Source of the DNA: Candidatus Saccharimonadota bacterium
GTDB taxonomy: Bacteria > Patescibacteriota > Saccharimonadia > Saccharimonadales > Saccharimonadaceae
NCBI GenBank assembly: GCA_016700015.1
Contig: CP064995.1
Coordinates: 1-32,000 of the forward strand
Reading direction: 5' to 3'
Length of the DNA stretch: 32,000 nt
Part shown: positions 26,362-32,000 of the stretch, in pieces
Position numbering within the stretch: position 1 is the stretch's first letter
Layout of the letters: each line of letters starts with the position of its first letter
Position numbers and translations under genes: made by a program
The notes under the pieces: model-generated
What the model saw: only the letters and a program-made list of their open reading frames with translations
The model's database searches: none
Told to the model about the DNA's origin: nothing

Positions 26362-26380
26362 CCAACTGAGCTATGCTGCC
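26362..26380 (+). repeat. direct copy of the 5' acceptor plus D-arm segment of the adjacent tRNA
   Basis: CCAACTGAGCTATGCTGCC versus CCAACTGAGCTACGCTGCC (26247-26265): 18 of 19 identical. Confidence 0.8.
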
Positions 26381-26597
26381 ATAAACTCAGGCAATTATAG
26401 CAGAGGTCGGGGAGAATTGCCAGGGGGTGGGGACGAGCGTCTATTAGTGTGGAGCGTGAGTCCTATCGATAGATATTTTTACAACATCTACACTGATCAA
26501 TGGAAGATGTTTATGTTTCTAACAGAGTAATATGTTGTGTTATTTACTTTCCCCTTTCTCTTTTTTATAGCTAGACTTGAGTTGAAAGGAGAACGAT

Positions 26598-27521
26598 ATG
26601 GTTCACACGCGAGGAAAGACGCAGGAATTAGTACCTGATATCCAAGAGCTAAAGAATGAGCTCGAATGGCATCGACTGGAGGAGATTAAACGTAACCGTG
26701 AACAGATCCAGCAACAAATTGCGGAGCTCGCTGCCCGAATGGAACAGCTTGAGGCTGAGCTACGAGACCCATCGAGTATAGCTAACTCACCGCGTCAGCA
26801 CCGCTATGTGCTCGATGATCGCGGAAATGAACTAGCACGTGCATACGAGTTGCAGAAAAAAAGTGAACTACTCGCAGCCCTCGGTAGTCTGGGAATAGAC
26901 TGTGGTGAATATATTACGGTAGAGTACGAAGTAACACGTGGATTTGATATAGAATATACAACGCTGCGCCGTAACCGGATTACGAGGGGTGTGGGTGTGT
27001 ATGCATGTGATTTTTCTTCAAGCCCAGCTACTATGCCGTACATCGGTGTCGGAGTAACTCGCTCACGCATAGTGATTGGTGATGATTTGGCAGCGCCGGT
27101 TGTTTTCGAGAGTCCTAGTACACAGCCAAAGCCAAAAAGCTACTCTCTGGTGCGACCAGACATTATGACTACCCTTGAAGCGCTTCGGCATAGTGAATGT
27201 GTTGCGAAGGCCGAAGCATGTATGAGTATGGTGCCGCCTGCATCTATCTCGGTACACACATCGAGCTACGCGGAGCATCGGTGCCTCGATCTCGATATGG
27301 GTGCAGAGACAGTGGGGCTTGCAATGCAGTATGAGGTAGAGAGCGGAGTTGCTGGAGTGAGACCATCTAAAGTTATGCTGTACCGCACAAGACCTGGCTA
27401 TAAAAGGCGTAGCTATACAATCGACGTTCGTGAATTGCGGTCGACTGGTTTTGGCGACGAGGGTATCGAATTTGCCGAGGACATTCTCGCGAAGATTACT
27501 CAGCCGCAGGAAGCGCAGTAG
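26598..27521 (+). CDS. hypothetical protein with N-terminal coiled coil
   Basis: GAAAGGAG lies upstream. The N-terminus (ELKNELEWHRLEEIKRNREQIQQQIAELAARMEQLEAELR) is heptad-like. No family recognised. Confidence 0.6.
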   Translation: MVHTRGKTQELVPDIQELKNELEWHRLEEIKRNREQIQQQIAELAARMEQLEAELRDPSSIANSPRQHRYVLDDRGNELARAYELQKKSELLAALGSLGIDCGEYITVEYEVTRGFDIEYTTLRRNRITRGVGVYACDFSSSPATMPYIGVGVTRSRIVIGDDLAAPVVFESPSTQPKPKSYSLVRPDIMTTLEALRHSECVAKAEACMSMVPPASISVHTSSYAEHRCLDLDMGAETVGLAMQYEVESGVAGVRPSKVMLYRTRPGYKRRSYTIDVRELRSTGFGDEGIEFAEDILAKITQPQEAQ

Positions 27522-27535
27522 TATATAGTAAAGAC

Positions 27536-28099
27536 ATGTATTTCATCACAGGCAACGCAGGCAAGTTTCGGGAAGCGAGTGCCTTTATCGACGGGCTGCA
27601 GCAGCTCGATATCGATCTCACAGAGCCACAGTCACTCGATCCGCGGGAGGTAATTGAATTTAAACTACTTGAAGCGCGCAAACATCACACTGGCGGGTTT
27701 ATTGTCGAAGACAGGTCGCTCTACCTCGACGGGCTCAATGGTTTTCCCGGTCCACTTATCAAATGGATGCTTAAAAGTGTCGGGCAGCAAGGCATTTACA
27801 ACCTGTGCCGCGATATCCGCAACATGAGAGCGCATGCCAAAACGGTCATCGGTTATTCTGACGCCACCGGACATATTAAATATTTTGAGGGAGACATTGG
27901 CGGGGATATTGTGTTGCCCGCGGGTGAGTATGGTTTTGGTTGGGACCAGATATTTAAACCTGATGGTTTTGAAGAAACGTTTGGCGAAATGGGGCAGGAG
28001 TTCAAGGGCAAATTTAGTATGCGGAGTCTCGCGTTTAAGCAGCTGCGAGAGTACCTTGATGGTAACATATTGCAAAAGCTTAAAAACACTTTACAATGA
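27536..28099 (+). CDS. non-canonical purine NTP pyrophosphatase (HAM1/RdgB ITPase family)
   Basis: FITGNAGKFREA..., EPQS..., FIVEDRSLYLDGLNGFPGPLIKW and FGWDQIF match HAM1-family motifs. Confidence 0.85.
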   Translation: MYFITGNAGKFREASAFIDGLQQLDIDLTEPQSLDPREVIEFKLLEARKHHTGGFIVEDRSLYLDGLNGFPGPLIKWMLKSVGQQGIYNLCRDIRNMRAHAKTVIGYSDATGHIKYFEGDIGGDIVLPAGEYGFGWDQIFKPDGFEETFGEMGQEFKGKFSMRSLAFKQLREYLDGNILQKLKNTLQ

Positions 28100-28127
28100 A
28101 AGTACATTTACATAAAGGGAGATGAAT

Positions 28128-28631
28128 ATGGAACAACTGCATAAGCTTGAAACAATGATAGCAGGATGGATGAAAGACCTCCCGCACCTACCAAGAAATT
28201 TCACAAAATGGCTCGCCGAAAACGCATGGTGGCTGGTAATTATTGGTGTAGCGCTCGGTGTGCTCGCGCTAATGACGACACTTAGTGCGATGACGGTTGG
28301 TTCTGCGGTTCTCGGTGCACTGGGGGCTCCAGTGCTGGGTGGTGCATTCCTGATTAGCTCAGTAGTATCCCTAGTTGGTGCGGGAATCTCGGTGGTGGTT
28401 GAGGCTATGGCTATATCGCCTCTCAAAACAATGCAGAAAAAGGGCTGGGACTTGTTGTTTCTATCAACTCTTGTAAGCTTTGCTGGTGCGGTGGTATCGT
28501 CGCTGGTGAGTGTGAATATCATTGGCGTTGTATGGGCAGCACTTGCAGCTGCAATTAGCTTTTACATACTACTTGAAGTCAAGAGCTATTTTGGTGCGAA
28601 GGCTAAGCTTGCCGAAAAATCTGCTGAGTAG
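28128..28631 (+). CDS. membrane protein, function unknown
   Basis: AAAGGGAG lies 7 nt upstream of ATG 28128; the track start at 28122 is too close to the SD. About four Gly/Ala-rich TM helices. Confidence 0.55.
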   Translation: MEQLHKLETMIAGWMKDLPHLPRNFTKWLAENAWWLVIIGVALGVLALMTTLSAMTVGSAVLGALGAPVLGGAFLISSVVSLVGAGISVVVEAMAISPLKTMQKKGWDLLFLSTLVSFAGAVVSSLVSVNIIGVVWAALAAAISFYILLEVKSYFGAKAKLAEKSAE

Positions 28632-28652
28632 ATAACAGTAGAGATAAAATGA

Positions 28653-28681
28653 GGCGCGCTCCTTGTGGTAAGGTGCGCGCC
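28653..28681. terminator. G+C-rich hairpin between convergent genes
   Basis: GGCGCGC-T-CCTT / AAGG-T-GCGCGCC, preceded by an A-run. There is no T-run on the plus strand, so it may act mainly on the minus strand. Confidence 0.45.
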
Positions 28682-28687
28682 AAGTCG

Positions 28688-28948
28688 TTAGTTGTAGAGC
28701 GACACCGCGACCTGGCGAAATCCAGCCAGCAACTGGGCCTGGAATCGGTGGCGGCCATCGCGGACCGTGTAGAACGTGCCGCAATCCTCGACGACGATGG
28801 GCGGGAAGGTATCTCCCCGGTCGTAGTCGCTCAGGTAGCGGGCAATCTTGGCCTGCGACAGCTTGCGCAGCTTTTTCGGGTTGACCCGAACCAGCTGGAC
28901 GTCAACATAACGGATCTCGCCATCGGGGCGAGCATGAACATCGTACAT
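28688..28948 (-). CDS. small ParB/sulfiredoxin-fold (ParB-like nuclease domain) protein (86 aa)
   Basis: PPIVVEDCGTFYTVRDGRHRFQAQLLAG matches the ParB N-terminal domain core (DGxHR). AGGAG lies 7 nt upstream. Confidence 0.62.
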   Translation of the reverse strand: MYDVHARPDGEIRYVDVQLVRVNPKKLRKLSQAKIARYLSDYDRGDTFPPIVVEDCGTFYTVRDGRHRFQAQLLAGFRQVAVSLYN

Positions 28949-29052
28949 GAGGGGCTCCTATCACTAGGCTAACCTCATGTGATCACCTCCTCGCGGTGGA
29001 TGGTAAATAATATTATACAACTATGTTCTATATATTACAAATACAGATTCAA

Positions 29053-29448
29053 CTAATCTGCCGTCTCTAAGGCAAGGAGCGCGGCGACTCGCTCCGCAAG
29101 AAGCCGGTATCTCCGGCGTGTATTTTCGTTTTCTAGTACGTACTCTCGCGTATCACCGTCGACAGGTGCTGGCTCAAATTGCTGGTCGACGGGGTATTGA
29201 TCGCGCGAGATATCAATGACGGTACCGTCCCCAAGTATGTTGCGATAATGCGTTTCGCGGGTGCCGTGAAATTCTGTTGCGAGGCGGTCGAGTGTGCCGC
29301 CAAGGTAATCCTGTACTACCAGCGAAGTCGGTACGCACTGTCCGCGTGCAGGAGTGAGGCCCGCGTCCCATTCATCGGGGCTACTGGTGGTATCTTTCGA
29401 CCAGCTCTTACGAACGATATGGGTGAGTGTGTCGGGTGAAAATGACAT
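29053..29448 (-). CDS. uncharacterised protein, YunG-like (family assigned from memory)
   Basis: ATG 29448 has AAGGAGG 6 nt upstream. WSKDTTSSPDEWDAGLTPARGQCVPTSLVVQDYLGG resembles the W..W...P..GQC..T.LVV.D.LGG pattern. Confidence 0.5.
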   Translation of the reverse strand: MSFSPDTLTHIVRKSWSKDTTSSPDEWDAGLTPARGQCVPTSLVVQDYLGGTLDRLATEFHGTRETHYRNILGDGTVIDISRDQYPVDQQFEPAPVDGDTREYVLENENTRRRYRLLAERVAALLALETAD

Positions 29449-29498
29449 AGGTTGCCTCCTTTCCACCCAGTTAGCTATAGCTAGTATAGCAGGGGATT

Positions 29499-29507
29499 TG
29501 CTATAAT
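29499..29507 (+). promoter_or_regulatory. extended -10 promoter element (TGcTATAAT) for the polymerase locus
   Basis: TG at 29499-29500 and TATAAT at 29502-29507. It is the only promoter-like element I can see upstream of 29673-31947. Confidence 0.45.
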
Positions 29508-29672
29508 AATACGTACTTCCAGGTGATACTCACTGTTCGCCAGCTGGCGGATAAGCGTCCCTCGCCATAGGATCATCAGTTGTCTACGGACGAATCGCTA
29601 GAAACGGGCGAGGGGACGGGCAACACATTTCAACCAACGTTTCTCTGACAACCTAATCGGAGATAATTTGAA

Positions 29673-29822
29673 ATGAACGATGAATCGGTACTACCTGTGT
29701 TCTATATTGAAACGCCACGCACTTCGGGGCGGCTGGAAAAAATCGATGTATTGCTCGAAAAGCGTATGCGCGAGTTTTTGCTCATGAGGCGCCAAAAGGT
29801 CTGGCGCAAAGCGACGGACTAG
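29673..29822 (+). CDS. candidate small ORF (49 aa)
   Basis: MNDESVLPVFYIETPRTSGRLEKIDVLLEKRMREFLLMRRQKVWRKATD. GGAG lies 10 nt upstream, and the stop is 1 nt before the next ATG. Confidence 0.3.
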   Translation: MNDESVLPVFYIETPRTSGRLEKIDVLLEKRMREFLLMRRQKVWRKATD

Positions 29823-29823
29823 C

Positions 29824-30090
29824 ATGGATAGCGAAATCATGCTTGATGAGCGGGTACAGGTAGTAGCAGTATTTAGTACTGGGCTGCATCCGTGCCAGCC
29901 GGTACGATTTCGGCGCAGCAGCGGCAGGGAAGTGACGATTACCGAGATTGGCCTGTGTCACCCTACAGTACACGGCCGACGAACCGTCCATGTGTTCGAT
30001 GTGACGGATGGCGGTGCTGACTACCGACTGGTGTTTGATACTGAGCGGCTGACGTGGACGCTTGTTATGGAGGCGGATCATGGCAATTAA
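29824..30090 (+). CDS. hypothetical protein (88 aa) upstream of the Y-family polymerase
   Basis: Track ORF with an ATG start immediately after the 49-aa ORF. No family recognised. Confidence 0.45.
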   Translation: MDSEIMLDERVQVVAVFSTGLHPCQPVRFRRSSGREVTITEIGLCHPTVHGRRTVHVFDVTDGGADYRLVFDTERLTWTLVMEADHGN

Positions 30091-30663
30091 TCCTTTCTTT
30101 TCTTTATTCTTGAAAAGAAACAAAAGAAACGACATCCTTTTGTGCGACAAAAGGATGCAAAAACATGGGGGTAGGCTTCGGTCCGCGGTGAGTTTCGCGC
30201 TCAAAGTATCCGGTTGCCTGCGGAACTCGCGCCAACAGACGCCACTGTTGGGCTCAAACAGTCCTCGGCAAGCCGTATACTTTTCCCACTCTACTCCCGG
30301 GGCCTGCAGATTACCCCCATACCCCCAGCCATATGTGCGGCTTTGCCGCAATCATATCATGAACCATGCGGTGCATGGTTCATGTGGGTCCAGGGAGCCA
30401 GCTGGCCCAAGAATGAAATCAGCAAGCTCATGGAATCATTCACGAAACTTTGTCCGCAACCAACAATATCGACATTGTTGCGGACCGATCCCTTCAGGGT
30501 CGTTGTTTCGTGACTATGAGCTTGCCGATTTCATACATGGCGCCAGGCGGATATCCTTGGTCGTGTTTGCTTCTTTGCTCGAAACAAAGAAGAGTTTTGC
30601 TCCTTTTGCTTCAAAAGGAGTCGTTTTTTGCTTCTTTAGCGAAATAAAAAGAAGGAGATTTTT
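30091..30663 (+). ncRNA. candidate large structured RNA / cis-regulatory leader (unassigned family)
   Basis: More than a dozen nested helices, including perfect 11- and 12-bp stems and an 18/19 long-range helix. It is stop-free in several frames on both strands. A terminator-like hairpin with a T-run lies at 30600-30629. The strand is inferred from the flanking genes only. Confidence 0.45.
30600..30629 (+). terminator. terminator-like hairpin inside the leader, 35 nt upstream of the polymerase start
   Basis: CTCCTTTTG (30600-30608) / CAAAAGGAG (30612-30620), followed by TCGTTTTTT. Confidence 0.5.
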
Positions 30664-31947
30664 GTGTTGATAAAACACAATTATAATCCAAATCGGCCGC
30701 TGGTGATGCATATCGACCTCAATAGCTGTTTTGCCACAGTCGAGCAGCAGGCCAGGCCGCTTCTGCGCGGTCGTCCAGTAGCGATCGTCAACCGCCGCAC
30801 CGAGCATACCATGATTGTCACCTGTAGCTACGAGGCTAAGGCTATGGGTGTCAAGCTTGGCATGCGCCTGCGTGATGCTAAGAAGCTGTGTCCCGACCTG
30901 ATCGGGCTCGAGAGCGATCCGCCCAAGTATCGGTACGTGTATCACAAGATGATGGCTATCATGCGTGATTACAGCCCAAGCTTTACGATGAAGAGTATCG
31001 ATGAGGGGGTGATTGACTTTGCCCAGGCACCGGCCAGTATGCGTGACCGCGATATGGTAGAAATTGCCAAAGAGATCAAGGGTCGTCTGCTAGGCGAAAT
31101 CGGTTGCTGGATGCGCTGCAACATTGGTATCGCACCAAACCGCTTCTTGGCTAAAACTGCTGCTGGGCTGAACAAACCTGACGGCCTGACAGTGATTAGT
31201 CACGAGAATTTGCGCGAAGTACTAGGTAAGATGGAGCTGCAAGATCTCACGGGCATCGCCGCGCGCAATGAACATCGACTCAATATGGTGGGGATTTATA
31301 CGCCACTGCAGTTTATTGATGCCGACCCGCAAATTCTACAAAAAGTGGTATTTAAGAGCATCTGTGGTTTGCAGTGGCATCAGCGTTTGCGGGGGTGGGA
31401 AGTTGACGATGTGAGTTATGACCTGAAAACTTGTGGGCGGCAGTACGTGCTTGAGAGCCGAGATCTGACGAAACAACAGGTGGCGCAGCGATTGCATCAT
31501 TTGGTCGAATCGGTGGGTGCCAAGCTGCGGAGTCAGGGTAAATGCGCGCGGGGTGTTGGCGTGTATGTACGGTTTTATGGTGCTGAAGGACTGGCTGAGA
31601 CAAACGGACGATGGGGAAGAAAGGGAAGCTATTGGCACGGCAAATACCTCGCTCCCCTGCCCTTTTACTCTGATACAGCGATTTGGGCGATTGCCAGCCA
31701 ACTGTTTCGTCATGCTCCGCCTGGCAGTATGCGCGAAATCGGTATTCATGTGTACCATTTACACGATGACTCTGGCGACCAGCTAAGTTTATTTGGCGAT
31801 GAGCTCGCGAAAGAACAGCACGTCGTATGGGCGATTGATGAGATTAATGCTCGCTACGGTGAACGCACCATTCACAGTGCCGACACATTGGGAACTGGCC
31901 ATTTCGTGAAACAAAAAATCCCCTTTGGCAGTACCCGCTATTTATAG
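30664..31947 (+). CDS. Y-family DNA polymerase (UmuC/ImpB/DinB superfamily)
   Basis: VMHIDLNSCFATVEQ (first catalytic Asp and steric-gate region, with the D-x-N found in UmuC), SYEAKAMGVKLGM, AKKLCPDL and SIDEGVIDF (catalytic D-E). GTG start with GAAGGAG 6 nt upstream. Confidence 0.9.
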   Translation: MLIKHNYNPNRPLVMHIDLNSCFATVEQQARPLLRGRPVAIVNRRTEHTMIVTCSYEAKAMGVKLGMRLRDAKKLCPDLIGLESDPPKYRYVYHKMMAIMRDYSPSFTMKSIDEGVIDFAQAPASMRDRDMVEIAKEIKGRLLGEIGCWMRCNIGIAPNRFLAKTAAGLNKPDGLTVISHENLREVLGKMELQDLTGIAARNEHRLNMVGIYTPLQFIDADPQILQKVVFKSICGLQWHQRLRGWEVDDVSYDLKTCGRQYVLESRDLTKQQVAQRLHHLVESVGAKLRSQGKCARGVGVYVRFYGAEGLAETNGRWGRKGSYWHGKYLAPLPFYSDTAIWAIASQLFRHAPPGSMREIGIHVYHLHDDSGDQLSLFGDELAKEQHVVWAIDEINARYGERTIHSADTLGTGHFVKQKIPFGSTRYL

Positions 31948-31967
31948 CCAGATGCTATGATAGGACT

Positions 31968-32000
31968 ATGAAGAAAAGTCTTATGATTGTACTCCTAGCT
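31968..32000 (+). CDS. possible 5' end of a secreted/membrane protein (runs off the window)
   Basis: ATG followed by KKSLMIVLLA. Only 11 codons are visible and the SD spacing is poor. Confidence 0.2.
   Translation, partial: MKKSLMIVLLA

Noticed and set aside
26457-26465. A 9-nt match (TGAGTCCTA) to the anticodon-arm region of the adjacent tRNA, possibly a third fragment.
   Set aside because: A 9-mer match is within chance expectation for a window this size, and it is not colinear with the other two fragments.
30142-30290. Group II intron signals: GTGCG at 30142-30146 and AGCCGTATAC at 30271-30280, which resembles the 5' strand of domain V.
   Set aside because: No complementary GTACGG/ACGGTT 3' strand follows to complete a domain V hairpin. 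GTGCG is merely the loop region of a local hairpin. There is no intron-encoded RT and no plausible exon context.
30089-30660. A MITE-like non-autonomous transposon, suggested by ~70-nt imperfect terminal inverted repeats.
   Set aside because: There is no target-site duplication flanking 30089/30660 and no second copy in this window. The right repeat contains the polymerase's SD and the terminator-like hairpin, which fits a regulatory role better. This cannot be excluded without a genome-wide copy count.
30091-30663. Known housekeeping RNAs (tmRNA, RNase P RNA, SRP/4.5S, 6S) or a T-box leader.
   Set aside because: I found none of the following: a tRNA-like acceptor/T-arm pairing with a CCA end or a tag ORF (tmRNA); a GAGGAAAGTCC-type P4 sequence (RNase P); an SRP domain IV motif; or a T-box sequence next to an aminoacyl-tRNA synthetase gene. 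This is a by-eye judgement only, and cmscan should confirm it.
30080-30670. A 196-aa ORF (within track ORF 30062-30670) spans the whole inter-gene element. It has a good SD (GGAGG 30069-30073, 6 nt before ATG 30080), and its start and stop overlap the neighbouring genes.
   Set aside because: The predicted protein is extremely basic and Cys/Arg/Ser/His-rich, with very few acidic residues, unlike every other protein in the window. It would be encoded almost entirely by perfect inverted repeats. Two other plus-strand frames and two minus-strand frames are open across the same region, so the openness looks compositional. I keep it as the main alternative to the ncRNA reading; a coding-conservation test would decide.
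29782-30945. Minus-strand ORFs 29782-30351 (189 aa) and 30514-30945 (143 aa).
   Set aside because: They lie antisense to the 88-aa ORF, the RNA element and the well-supported polymerase gene. They have no SD and odd composition, and look like shadow ORFs of a stop-poor region.

Overview
This is a gene-dense bacterial chromosomal segment with about 42 protein-coding genes and three tRNA genes, all with anticodon CAT. I found no rRNA, CRISPR array, transposase or integrase. Recognisable genes are the 3' part of aspS, trmB, murC, an FtsB/DivIC-like division protein, an ABC-2 exporter pair, an MscS channel, a Kef-type CPA2 antiporter, MFS-type transporters and a type IV pilin-like gene. There is also a concentration of nucleotide-hygiene and DNA-repair functions: an MBL-Nudix fusion, two degenerate Nudix-like proteins, a HAM1/RdgB ITPase, a MutY-like glycosylase without the Fe-S motif, and a Y-family polymerase. 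The remaining genes are small or membrane hypotheticals. Very short intergenic regions, overlapping convergent gene ends, many apparently leaderless genes and the gene repertoire suggest a streamlined genome, possibly Patescibacteria/CPR (Saccharibacteria-like); this is inference only. TGA is used as a stop, so the standard code applies. The most interesting locus is 29.5-31.9 kb. There a promoter, a structured leader and two tiny ORFs are followed by a ~570-nt stop-free, hairpin-dense, apparently non-coding element. That element has a terminator/anti-terminator-like inverted-repeat architecture and sits directly upstream of a UmuC/ImpB-like Y-family polymerase; I cannot assign it to any RNA family I know. 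Other points: a flavoprotein disulfide-reductase homologue that has lost both redox cysteines, in an operon with a stand-alone ATP-cone protein; a CYTH/uridine-kinase fusion operon; tRNA-derived repeat scars beside two tRNAs; a tRNA with a non-canonical T loop; and palindromic overlapping divergent -10 boxes.
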